A stretch of 64,000 nt of DNA, from NCBI RefSeq assembly GCF_036365525.1, contig NC_090377.1, positions 32,704,201-32,768,200 on the forward strand, read 5' to 3'. This document shows positions 21,513 through 33,708 of this stretch, one piece after another; positions within the stretch are counted from its first letter, which is position 1, and each line of letters begins with the position of its first letter. The notes under the pieces were generated by a model. That model saw only the letters and a program-made list of their open reading frames with translations. It was not told the origin of the DNA and did no database searches. This DNA comes from Heterodontus francisci. Its lineage: Eukaryota. The position numbers were made by a program, and so were the translations under genes.

Positions 21513-24500
21513 AAAACAAAACCTGAAAAAAACAGTGGGTAAGCAAACTGAACAAACTAAGATGAAATGAAATAAATGCAAAAAAAGATTGTAAAAAATG
21601 TAAAAAGGAATGCAAAAAAAAGGGAAGAAAAAATAACTAAAAATGACTAAAAATGAAAGTAAAGTGGGGGGCTGTCATGCTCTGAAATTATTGAACTCAA
21701 TGTTCAGTCCGGCAGGCTGTAGTGTGCCTAATCGGTAGATGAGATGCTGTTCCTCGAGCTTGCGTTGATGTTCACTGGAACACTGCAGCAATCCCAGGAC
21801 AGAGATGTGAGCATGAGAGCAGGGGGGAGTGTTGAAATGGCAAGCAACCGGAAGCTCAGGGTCCTGCTTGCGGACTGAGCGGAGATGTTCCGCAAAGCGG
21901 TCACCCAGTCTGCGCTTGGTCTCCCCAATGTAGAGGAGACCACACTGTGAGCAGCGAATACAGTATACTACATTGAAAGAAGTACAAGTAAATCGCTGCT
22001 TCACCTGAAAGGAGTGTTTGGGGCCTGGGATAGTGAGGAGAGAGGAGGTAAATGGGCAGGTATTACACCTCCTGCGATTGCAAGGGAAGGTGCCCTGGGA
22101 CGGGGACGAGGTGGTGGGGGTAATGGAGGAGTGGACCAGGGTGTCGCGGAGGGAACGATCCCTTCGGAATGCTGACAGGGGAAGGGAGGGGAAGATGCGA
22201 CTGGTAGTGGCATCACGCTGGAGGTGGCGAAAATGGCGGAGGATGATCCTTTGGATATGGAGGCTGGTGGGATGAAAAGTGAGGACAAGGGGAACCCTGT
22301 CACGGTTCTGGGAGGGAGGGGAAGGGGTGAGGGTAGAGGTGCGGGGAATGGGTCGGACACGGTTGAGGGCCCTGTCAACCACAGTGGGGGGAAATCCTCG
22401 GTTACTCTTTGTTGCCTGTCTGCCAAACAATTTTCTATCCATCGCAATATACTACCCCCCAATCCCATGCGCTTTAATTTTACACGCTAATCTCTTACGT
22501 GGGACTTTGTCGAAAACCTTCTGGAAGTCCAAATAAACCATATCTACTGGCTCCCCCTCATCAACTCTCCTCGTTACATCCTCGAAGAAATCTAGTAGAT
22601 TTGTCAAGCATGACTTCCCTTTCGTAAATCCATGCTGACTCTGTCCGATTCTACCACTGTTCTCCAAGTGCTCTGCCATAAAATCTTTGACAATGCACTC
22701 TAGAATTTTCCCCACTACTGACATCAGGCTGACTGGTCTCTAATTCCCTGCTTTCTCTCTACCTCCCTTTTAAAATAGTGGGGTTACATTAGCTACCCTC
22801 CAATCTGTAGGAACTATTCCAGAGTCTATAGAATCTTGGAAGATGACCACCAATGCATCCACTATTTCTAGGACCACTTCCTTAAGTACTCTGGGATGCA
22901 GACCATCAGGCCCTGGGGATTTATCGGCCTTCAATCCCATCAATTTCCCCAACACCTTTTCTCTACTAATACTGATTTCCTTCAGTTCTTTTCTCTCAAT
23001 AAGCCCTGTGTTCCCCAACATTTCTGGTATGATATTTGTGTCCTACTTTGTGAAGACAACCAAAGTATGCATTTAGTTGGTCAGCCATTTCTTTGTTCCC
23101 CATAATTAATTTCCCCTGTTTAACTATAAGGGACCGACATTTGTCTTCACCAATCTTTTTCCCTTCACATACGTATAGAAACTTTTACAGTCAGTTTTTA
23201 TGTTCCCCGTACTCAATTTTCCCCTTCTTAATCAATCCCTTGGTCCTCCTTTGCTGAATTCTAAACTGCTCCCAATCCTCAGGTCTGTTGTTTTTTCTGG
23301 TGAATTTATATGCCTCTTCCTTGGATCTAATGCTATCTCTGATTTCCCTTGTAAGCATGGTTTGGCTACCTTTCCTATTTAACTTTTGCGCCAGACAGGA
23401 ATATGCAATTGTTGCAGTTCATCCATGCGCTCTTTGAATGTTTGCCATTGCCTTTCCACTGTTGTCCCTTTAAGTAACTTCTCCCAATCCATCATAGCCA
23501 ACTCGCGCCTCATACCTTCATCGTTTCCTTTACTAAGATTCAGGACCATAGTCTCAGAATCAAATATGTCAGTCTCTAACTTGATGAAGAATTCTATCAT
23601 ATTATGGTCGCTCATCCCCAAGGGGTCTCGCACCACTAGATTGTCAATTATTCCTCTCTCATTACACAATACCCAGTCTAGGATGGCCTGTTCTCTAGCT
23701 GGTTCCTCAACGTATTGGTCTAGAAAACTATCCCGTATATACTCCAAGAATTCCTCCTCTATGGTATTGTGACTAATTTGATTTGCCCAATCTATATGCA
23801 GATTAAAGTCACCCATAATTACAGATGTTGCTTTATCACATGCGTCTCTAATTTCCTGTTTAATGCCATTCCCAACATCACCACTACAGTTTGGGGGTCT
23901 ATAACTAACGTTTTTAACTAACTTAGTGTTTCTCAGCTCTACCCAGACAGATTCCACCTCGTCAGAGCTAATATCTTTCCTCACTATTGTGCTAATTTCC
24001 TCTTTAACCAGCAATGCAACTCCACCGCCTTTTGCTTTTTGTCTGTCCTTCCTAAATACTGAATACCCCTGGATGTTCATTTCTCACCCCTGGATGTTCA
24101 TTTCCCATCCCTGGTCACCTTGCAGCCATATCTCCGTAATCCCGACTATATCAGACCCGTTTACATCTATTTGCGCGATTAATTCATCCACTTTATTGCG
24201 AATGCTCCACGCGTTCAGGCGCAAAGCCTTAAGGCTTGTCTTTTTAACATTACTTGTCCCCTTCCCACTATTTTTCACTGTGGCCCTGTTTGATTCTGGC
24301 CCTTGATTTCTCTGCCTATCACTTTTCTTGATCCCCTTACTGTCTTTTGTTCTTGTCTTTGATCCCCCCTCCTCTGACTCCTTGCAAAGGTTCCCATCCC
24401 CCTGCCATTTTAGTTTAAACCTTCCCCAACCACTCTAGCAAATACCCCCCCTAGGACATCAGTCCTGGTCCTGCCCAGGTGTAACCCGTCCAGTTTGTAC

Positions 24501-27500
24501 TGGTCCCACCTCCCCCCGAACCGGTCCCAATGTCCCAGGAATCTAAAACCCTCCCCCTCACACCATCTCTTCAACCACGTATTCATTCGCTATATCCTGC
24601 TATTACTACTCTGACTAGCATGTGGCACTGGTAGCAATCCTGAGATCACTACCTTTGAGGTCCCGCTTTTCAAGTTACTTCCTAACTCCCTATATTCTGC
24701 TTTTAGGACCGCATCCTTTTTTTTACCTACATCATTTGTACCAATGTGTACCACGACCACTGGCTGTTCACCCTCCCCCTTCAAAATGTCCTGTATGTCC
24801 GCTCTGAGACATCCTTGACCCTAGCACCAGGGAGGCAACATACCATCCTGGAGTCTCTTTTGCGGCCACAGAAACACCTATCTATTCCCCTTACAATTGA
24901 ATCCCCTATAACTATTGCATTCCCACACTTTTTACTCCTCCCCTGTGCAGTAGAGCCAACCGTGATGCAACGAATTGGGCTGTTGCTGCTTTCCACTGAG
25001 AGGCCATTTCCCCCAAACAGTATCCAAACAAGTGCATCTGTTTTGCAGGGGAATAGCCAGAGATTTCTGCACTGCCTGCCTAGTCCTCTTGCTCTGTCTG
25101 GTGGTCACCCATTCCCTTCCTGCCTGTGGGGTCTGAGCCTGCGGTGTGCCCACCTCTCTATACGTGCTATCCACGATACTCTCCGCCTCATTGATGCTCC
25201 ACAGTGTCCCCAGCTGCCATTCCAGCTTCGAAACCAGGGCTTCTATCTATAATTGCAATCTATAATTGCACCTAGTTTAAGCAGCAATGTAATGCTATTT
25301 TTAATCAATCATTCCCCATAAATTTGAACAAAATAGTAGCGATCAGCTTACACCTGTTCCAAAGTCCAGATCAATAGGTTATTGAGCTTGGCAGAGGTTA
25401 GATCAGAAATTCAAACATTATACGACCTCAAACAAGACAAATACAGATCCCTGACCTATTATGCATGCCAGTCTATTTAATATCTCCCAGTTCAATTATA
25501 AAACCTGCATCCCATCTTTTCTGAACACTCATAAAAGCTGTTAAGATTAAGTGCAATATTCTGTCTCACTGCGTGATTATGCAGGTCCATACCTGCATTG
25601 CCTGGCGTCCCTTTTCGCACCTCAGATTGAGTTTTGTCAGGAAAGCAGGTTCATGCAGCGGATAATCAAATGATGGTGTTCATGGAAACTTCTGGAAACT
25701 GACTTTGGCAATATGAGAGACATTTTTCTAATGCCATTTTATAAGTTGAAATAATATTGAAAAACTTTGGACTTTCTTGAGTTCGGAATCTTATATCTTA
25801 TGCATTCACACACAAATGTAGAAGAAATCCTTCTCATCAAAATGATCAAGCTTAAGGAAACCTGTTATTTCCGGGCTAGTTCAACCTGTTTACTTTTAAA
25901 AATCAAAACTGCATTTAACAATGCCAGTTGGGCATTTTTAATCCTGAGGTTCATCATTTGATTACATATCTAGAAATGTCTCAGATTTTGGCCTCACAAT
26001 AGCTGAGGTCACCTGAACACATTTTATCTAGTTCTGTTACATATGCTAACATTTGGATCTATTTAAAATATTTCACTCCCTTTTTAGCTGCTCGATGTTG
26101 TCACCATTCACATACTTCCTCTTTTAGGTAGAAGGGTGGAATTATCTACTCTGTGGGCCTGTCCCTGGTATTGGTTGACTGCAGGTGTGCTTCTGTGAGT
26201 TTCACCTTTGCCTCTTGGTATGGAGTTGCCCAGTAAGCTTACAAATAGCTGGTTAAGACCTGCTGAATCAGAGCAGGTAAGCTGGAATGTCAATCAGTGT
26301 TCGTACAGTATTTGATTTGCCTGGAAGTTCAACAAGAATTACTCTGATCGAGGAAGCTGCAATTTTTGTGATGTACAATAAATCTGACAGTGCATCACCA
26401 CTAATCATTCTACGGAGATAGGTCACAAATTCTGTCAGTTTAACTTTTGTCCTTCATGTGTACCATCTTGTGGTCTGCTGATTCCTACATTAATGATATT
26501 TAAGACAAATGATTTGTTGTGGCAGATGATTTATGATCACTCAGATCGGTTCTGTGATTGTTATTTTCACTGCGTCTGGGGCCTTTTATATAATATTGCA
26601 GTAAAACATGTTACTCACAATAGGTGTAGGAATTTGCTATGGGGCTCACGCTGTGCCAAATCATTTGTCCTAATGATATTCAGTCTAAGTTTCTTTGTTC
26701 CTCTATCCAGGTCTATTGCTATGTATCTATCTCTTTTTGCACTGATTCTCTTCCCCAGTTTGACGTGATCCTTTTATTATCCTCTGTCTCTGTCTTTTTA
26801 TTAGTTGCATATAAAAAAAAACCTCACCTAAGACAGGACTGTGAAAAATAATCAAGTAATACTGCAAGTTATTTAATATTCTTTCCCATTAATTTGATCA
26901 TTTTGTAAATACTGCTTGTATTCTTAACTGCTTTTGTTGCAGTGTGATATCTACGAACATTTTTAACATAAAGAAAAGTTCAGCATTCATTCCACCACCT
27001 TATCTGTTCTATTCTAGTTTTTGCATCATGATTTGCCCAGATTAGTATATTGCTACTAGATAGAAAGCTGTGTTCAGTATTCTCTCACTAACTCTATGCA
27101 TGAATTGCTGCAGCACATGCAAAACAACAACTGGTGTGGCACCACCAACCTTACGCATCGATGAGCTTCTGTAACACAGCTAACCTGGGTGAGTAAATAA
27201 TGCATTTTGATCCTCCCTCTTTCACCTGCCAAAATAAAAGAAACTCATTGTTTATATAAAACAGCAGTTGGTTTCACATGTGATAATAGGTTGTAACTTA
27301 AGTTCTGGTCTCACAATTTTTGACATTATCTGTATCCGCTTGATCATATTACTATCTTGTAATACACTCTAGGACATCTATATCTCTGTGTCTGTCACTT
27401 ATTCTTTTCCTCTATGTGGCTCTTTGTCATGCTCTTTCATGTTTTTGATACCAGAATTGTCGTAAAAAGTAGCAGAATTCCACTCTAATTTGGCTTGAAG

Positions 27501-28112
27501 ATGGATTAATGCTATATCATTCCAGTCCACTAGCTCAAACCAACACTACTACTGTGCAGAATGTAATGTGTCTTATAGTACTGTAATGCTATTACATGTA
27601 TTGGAATAGTTTGTTATCCACTTATCAGGAGGCAACTGATACCAGTGGGTGGTTCAACCTCCTTCAAAATTAAAGATTGAAAATATACGGGCAGGTTAAG
27701 TGTTGTTATGACATGGTTGCCTGTACAGACGTGGGGTTGATCCAAATTCTGGAGAAAACTAGCACACTAACATCTGCAAGGAGACCAACCCAGTCAGAGC
27801 CTGAGTTGAAGTTGCTTACACTGCCTCATTTTGACAAGGATAACCAATAACCAGACACTGCAGCTTCTCTGCACTTCTGTGCTGTTTCTAATTTACCCAT
27901 GTCCCACCACAGACACTACAAGACCTGGCCAGTAAAAAGCCAAGACTTCATTATGAACAGATTTTCTTTTGCCAGACTAAAGTTCCCACCTTACATGATT
28001 TCAGAAGTTATTGTAAATGCCAGTGAATTAAATAACTTATCGGAAATATTGGAAAATTGAAACCGTTAGCATTAACTCTCAAACACGAGAAAGGAAATCA
28101 TTTATATAATAA

Positions 28113-28985
28113 TATAAAAGCAAAATACTGCGGATGCTGCAAATCTGAAATAAAAACAAGAAATGCTGGAAATTCTCAGCAGGTCTGGAAGCATTTGTGG
28201 AGAGAGAAGCAGAGTTAACGTTTCAGGTCAGTGACCCTTCTTCAGAACTGGCAAATATTAGAAATGTGAAAGGTTTTAAGCAAGTAAAGCGGGGGTGGGG
28301 CAAGCGATAACAAAGGAGAAGGTGTAGATAGAACAAGGTCACAGAGAATACAGTGGCGCAGTGGTTAGCACCGCAGCCTCACAGCTCCAGTGACCCGGGT
28401 TCAATTCTGGGTACTGCCTGTGTGGAGTTTGCAAGTTCTCCCTGTGTCTGCGTGGGTTTCCTCCGGGTGCTCCGGTTTCCTCCCACATGCCAAAGACTTG
28501 CAGGTTGATAGGTAAATTGGCCATTATAAATTACCCCTAGGATAGGTAGGTGGTAGGGAAGTATAGGGACAGGTGGGGATGTGGCAGGGATATGGAATTA
28601 GTGTAGGATTAGTATAAATGGGTGGTTGATGGTCGGCACAGACTCGGTGGGCCGAAGGGCCTGTTTCACTGCTGTATCTCGAAAAAAAAAAATAACTGAC
28701 CAGAAGGTCAAGGAGCAAAGGCAAACAATATGTTAATGGTGTGTTGAAAGACAAAGCATTAGTACAGATAGGGTGTTAACGGACTGAAAACTGAACAGCA
28801 GCAGGTACAGACATGAAAAAAACAGTGGGCAAGCAAACTGAACAAACTAAGATGAAATAAAAATAGAATAAACAAAAAAAAAAGAAAAAAGAAAAAATAA
28901 CTAAAAATAAAAGTAAAATGGGGGTCCTGTCCTGTTCTGAAATTATTGAACTCAATGTTCAGTCCGGCAGGCTGTTGTGTGCTTG
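28113..28985 (-). mobile_element. Older Penelope-like solo pLTR with a nested SINE
   Basis: Diverged reverse complement of the 33120-33675 pLTR, including the QPAGLNIEFNNFR end and a hammerhead core at 28213-28249. Confidence 0.9.
28349..28692 (+). mobile_element. Full-length HE1-like V-SINE
   Basis: tRNA-like head (gtggcgcagtggttagc...gggttcaattc), V-domain (gtgtggagtttgcaagttctccctgtgtctgcgtgggtttcctccgggtgctccggtttcctcccac), CR1-type tail and A-tail. Confidence 0.9.
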
Positions 28986-29390
28986 ATCGTTTAGAAATCA
29001 TTTAGTTTCTTTTGCTATTTGAGGGGAGGCCTGGGCCTTAAAGTGAGAAGAACTTTTGTTTCTTTATGATTTGTAGCTATATGGGGTTCTGGTTTATTTT
29101 ATAGTGTAATGTATTAGATTAAAATATTAATCCTTTTTCATTGTTCCCTTACACCAGTGAAGTAGATCGGTGAATGCTGAGGGGCTCTCCCTTCAGGCCA
29201 GGGGCACAGGACAGCTGGGCATGACCTGCAGATCTTTTGGGATGGGTGAACTGAGATGGGCCAAATGGCTTTCCTCATCCATAAGTATCTTACTACTTTG
29301 TGATCCTTTCATCAGCTCACTTCACAGTACAGTGCAATCCATAATATAGTATACTAAATGAATATGGGAACAGAAGTAGTTTAGCTGAGC

Positions 29391-29576
29391 TAAAAACATA
29401 AAGTGCTGGAAATAGTCATCAGGTCTGGCAGCATCTGTGGAGAGAGAAACAGAATTAACATCACAGACCTGAAACGTTAACTGTTTCTCTTTCCACCGAT
29501 GCTGCCAGCCCTGTTGAGTATTTCCAACACTTTCTGTTTTTATTTCAGATTTCCAGCATCTGCAGTATTTTGATTT
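29391..29576. mobile_element. Short fold-back (inverted) Penelope pLTR insertion
   Basis: An antisense pLTR piece is followed by a sense pLTR piece; 14-bp TSD tagtttagctgagc at 29377-29390 and 29577-29590. Confidence 0.85.
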
Positions 29577-29829
29577 TAGTTTAGCTGAGCCTCAGTCCTT
29601 ATGGGCCTACCTTATTGGCTGCATGCCATTTTTATGCTGTGTACTAAGTTTTATTTTCTCATTTCTTTTTAAATGATTTTATTCTTTCTCTGTCCTTTGC
29701 ATTTGATTAACAGGAAAAGAAATGACTAAGACTACCAGAAAATTGGACACAGCCCTACATTATTTACGGCCTGTGGTCACACAACAGCTGAACATTCAGG
29801 TTCGGTAACCCCTGCCGGTTAAAAAAAAA

Positions 29830-30580
29830 CATGGCTAGTTCCTGATGGGGAGAATGCAGGGCAATGTGTGTGCCGTCAATGAGGCCTCACACCGGGGGAA
29901 AATCTGACAGTTCCCTACTGCTAGTCAGCAGCATGCCTCGGAAAGGTGATGTATAAGCTGTCTCCTTGCGAAGATGGAATCGGTCACATGCTCAGTGGCT
30001 GCATGGGCAGCAAACTGACAGATATTGCTTATTTCACCTGTTTCAGCCTGGAATGAGCCTGTTGCCTTCACAGCCACAGGCAGTGCTGTGTGTACCCTGG
30101 TGTTTGGCTCCTATCCCAGCTGGTGACATAGGTCAATGACTCACTGCCTGCTGACATGCAGCCTCCTCATACTCTGTTCCTTTGTCATGTTGAGGTGAGA
30201 CATCCTGTCGCAAAACACCCGCATGCCTCTTGTGCCTTTGCCTCCTTTGCCTGTTTGTTTAACTCTCTGCAGGTCTGTGCTGCAGCTGTTGCTACTCCCC
30301 TCAGTGTAATAGCTTCATTGGCAAAACCAGCAACATTCCCATCTTTCCCAATGCTCCTGCAGTAAGTGAAGTGACAAGTACAGCTGCAGCCAAAAGTCAG
30401 CCCTCCAACAGCTATTTGGGATGAACAACATCCTAAACTTGGCCAAAGCAGTCAATAACAACTATCCAGAGGCTTATCTTAATGGTGTGAATCTCTTTAA
30501 ATATCACTGTGTCAGCCCGCTTCCTGAGTATTTAGGCCACGTTGTTTCTGGGCGTGCTTAAGAATGATCAAATTAAACAC
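29830..30580 (-). pseudogene. Harbinger transposase relic D
   Basis: Reverse strand reads TALPVAVKAT (~30060-30090) and a FP...LIDGTHIAL motif (~29850-29905). Confidence 0.7.
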
Positions 30581-30598
30581 TTGCAAGTAGCAATCCCC

Positions 30599-32255
30599 TA
30601 GGGGAGGTGGTGGCATAGTGGTATTGTCACTGGCCTAGTTAATGCTCTGGGGATGTGGGTTCAAATCCCATCACAACAGGTAGTTAAATTCAATTAATAA
30701 AAATATGGGATTTAAAAACAAAAAGCAAGACTAATGGTGACCAGGAAATTGTTGGTGTATCATTGCTATCAAGTGGCATTTAAATAGCCTGCTGACAGAT
30801 GTTGAGTTTGGGTTCCACCAGGGCCAGTCAACTCCTGCCCTTATTAGTAGCCTTGGTCCAAACATGGACATCACATTACAGAAAGGCTGGGGTTGTTTTC
30901 CTTCGAACAGAGGAGGCTGAGGGGTGACTTATTTCAGATGTACAGAATTATGAGAGGCTTGGATAAAGTAGACAGGAAGGACCTGTTTCCCCTAGTGGAG
31001 AGGTCAATTAGCAGAGGATACGGATTTTAGATTGGTAGAAGGATTAGAGGGGACATGATGAAAAACTTTTTCACCCAGAGGGTGGTGGGTGTCTGGAATG
31101 CACTGCCAGGAACGGTGGTGGAGGCAGAAACCCTCAATTCTTTTAACAGGTACCTGGACATACATATGAAGTGCTGCAAGCTGCAAGGCTAGGGACCAGG
31201 CGGCTAGTTTCTAATTTTTTTTTTGCATCTTGGCCGGCACGGACACAACGGGCTGAATGGCCTCCTTCTGTGCTGTAATTTTTCTGTGGTCCTGTGGACA
31301 AAAGACATGAACTCAAGAGGAGAGGTTGATTGCCCTTGACATCAAGGCAGCTTTTGACCAAGTGCGGCATCAAGGAGCCTTAGCCAAAGTGAAGTCAATA
31401 GGAACTAGGGGAAAAACTCTCCACTGGTTGGAGTCATACCTAGCACATAGGAAGATGACTGTGGTTGTTTAGGCCAATCATCTCAGCTGTAGGACATCAC
31501 TGCAGGAGTTCTCAGGGTAGTGTTCTAGGCACAACCATGTTCAGCTGCTTCATCAATGACCTTCCCTCCATCATAAGGTCAGAAGTGGGGATGTTTACTG
31601 ATGATTGATGTTCAGTACCATTCGCAAATCCTCAGACATTCAGGCAGTCCATGTTCATATGCAGCAAGACCTGGGCAACATTCAAGCTTGGGCTGATAAA
31701 TGATAAGTAGCATTAGTGCCAGGCAACGACGATCTGCAACAAGAGAGAATCTATCATCTCCCCTTGACATTCAACAGCATTACCATCACCGAAACCTCAC
31801 CATCACATCCAGGACAAAGCAGCCCACTTGATTGACACCCCATCCACCGCCATCAACATTCACTCCCTCCACCATCGACACACAGTGGCAGAAATGTGTA
31901 CCATCTACAAGATGCACTGCAGCAACTCACCACCCACTCTTCAACAGCACCTTCCAAACCCCCTGCCTCATCCACCTAGAAACACAAGGGCAGCAGATGA
32001 TTGGGAACACCACCATCTGCAAGTTCCTCTCAAAACCACACACCATCCTGACTTTGAAATACATTGCAAATACATTCCTTCACTGTCACTGGATCCAAAT
32101 CCTGGAACTCCCTCCTAACAGCATTGTGGGTGTACGTATAACCAGATGGACTGCAGCAGTTCAAGAAGGCAGCTCACCACTACCTTCTCAAGGACAATTA
32201 GGGATGGGCAACAAATGCTGGCCTTGTCAGCAATGCCTGCATGCCATGAAACAAA
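30599..32255 (+). mobile_element. Composite element: tRNA-SINE head + LINE RT fragment + shared 3' tail (CR1 nested at 30871-31293)
   Basis: The head matches the SINEs at 16748 and 55167. It is followed by FGFHQG, LDIKAAFDQV, GSVLGTTMFSCFINDLP and IQDKAAHLI fragments, and the tail seen at 395-455. Confidence 0.8.
30871..31293 (+). mobile_element. CR1 3' fragment
   Basis: LEQRRLRGDL..., FFTQRVVGVWNALP; TSD tggaca on both sides. Confidence 0.85.
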
Positions 32256-33536
32256 TATGAAAATATCAAGCAGTGGGCATATTTTAATGAGTCTAACATT
32301 TATTTCAGGCAGAGGCAAGGGACACCCAACAACTGCCTCAATCAATATGGTGGTAATCACATTTGTTATCTATTCTTTATATTCTTGTTTCACTTGCACT
32401 TTTGGGATGGGATGTCCCACTGCAAAATAGGTTTGTGATTTATCACCCGAAGACTTGGCAATACACAAGTAAATTTCTACCTCTATCGATGGAAAGTGCA
32501 TACTTTTGTGCGTTTGTATGCTTTTGTTTCTTATGGAGAAGCTGGCCATCAAAGTGGTTAAAGATAGCAAATGTTTGCCTACTATCTGACATCAGAATAG
32601 GAAAATAATGCTGGGTAACAGTTATGCAAACTGAAAGTGATCCGAAATAAGCAAAATTCAAGCATTTGTAAATGAACCAACAGTAGAAGCTTTTGGTTTT
32701 TGAATTCAGGTTTGGCTCTTGTTGGAATAAAACTAGAAACTACTGTTGAGAATTTTCGTGGACAAACTCTTAATACCTCTGCTATTATGGACATTAACCC
32801 ATCTAAAACAAACACAGGAACATAATACAAAAGGGTCAAATATTCGTGTACCAATCACTCCAACTGCAAATTCTGGCTATCGTTACAAATCCACGGGGAA
32901 TATGCATTGGATAGGTGGTAAATATGTAGTAGAATATGTACCGATTATTCCACATGAACCAAAGGTTAGCAACAAATAACCATACAGACCAATATTTGTA
33001 AGGCTTGCCAAATAAAATAATGTACTGTATCAGTAACCAAGCAACAAATCCTTCCTTTATTATTGATTTAAAAAAGATATGGAATAAAACAAGCATCAGG
33101 TGGAGCACCGATTAGGCACACTACAGCCTGCCGGACTGAACATTGAGTTCAATAATTTCAGAGCATGACAGCCCCCCACTTTACTTTCATTTTTAGTCAT
33201 TTTTAGTTATTTTTTCTTCCTTTTTTTTTGCATTCCTTTTTACATTTTTTGCATTTATTTCATTTCATCTTAGTTTGTTCAGTTTGCTTACCCACTGTTT
33301 TTTTCAGGTTGTTTTTCTTCAGGTTTGCACTTGCTGATGTTCTATATTCAGTATATTCACACCTAATCTGTACTAATGCTTTGTCTTTCAAAACACCATT
33401 AACATATTGTTTGCCTTTGCTCCGTGACCTTTTGGTCAGCTATGTGGCCTGGTCCAATCTGCACCTTCTCCTTTGTTATCTCTTGCCCAACCCCCACCTC
33501 ACTTGTTTATAATCTGTGACTTTTCTAATATTTGTC

Positions 33537-33573
33537 AGTTCCGAAGAAGGGTCACTGACCCGAAACGTTAACT
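33537..33573 (+). ncRNA. Minimal type I hammerhead-ribozyme motif in the 5' pLTR
   Basis: Stem I agtt/aact, core ccgaaga, stem II gggtc-act-gaccc, gaaa, palindromic acgt stem III. Minimal hammerheads are established in Penelope-like pLTRs. Confidence 0.75.
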
Positions 33574-33708
33574 CTGCTTCTCTTTCCACAGATGCTGCCA
33601 GACCTGCTGAGTGAATCCAGCATTTCTTGTTTTTGTTTCAGATTTCCAGCATCCGCAGTATTTTGCTTTTATTTTAGTGTTTAATTCACTGCCACTTCTC
33701 TTCCAGGA

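Larger units (their letters stand above)
19784..22402 (-). mobile_element. 5'-truncated young Penelope-like copy (GIY-YIG region + pLTR), interrupted at 20152-21512
   Basis: ORF 21675-22400 matches the C-terminus of the 916-aa ORF residue for residue from NRGFPP onward. The pLTR lies in two pieces (19784-20151, 21513-21675). TSD (t)actcttt at 19776-19783 and 22403-22410. Confidence 0.95.
18718..25240 (-). mobile_element. Near full-length CR1 LINE split by a Penelope insertion at 19784-22402
   Basis: ORF1 AIVIGDSIV/HIGTND (24590-25200); APE LNAWSIRNK, MGDFNL, SDHN (23379-24278); RT fragments at 22452-23021 and 18971-19742; (tttctatg)n tail at 18718-18735. Confidence 0.95.
13030..32990 (+). 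pseudogene. Possible highly decayed cadherin-related (CDHR3/CDHR4-like) gene scattered between TEs; speculative
   Basis: Short + strand motifs only: VSEDSTVG (~13267), DAPLF (~13478), NVNDILP (~15552), TGVVRI (~17190), Thr-rich segment (~27900), TM-like LLSILYILVSLALLGW (~32363-32410), YKSTGNMHW (~32885). Most need frameshifts or sit beside stops. Confidence 0.2.

Noticed and set aside
24066-24110. 21-bp in-frame tandem duplication in the CR1 endonuclease region
   Set aside because: It is real but looks like ordinary slippage in a dead copy.
28349-28420. tRNA-like sequences here and at ~17080-17152, 30601-30675 and 55480-55552
   Set aside because: They are SINE heads continuous with SINE bodies, not tRNA genes.
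33228-33512. 94-aa hydrophobic ORF repeated at 36519-36803 and partly at 19945-20154
   Set aside because: It is a translation of the T-rich pLTR with a non-ATG start; the repetition reflects the pLTR copies.
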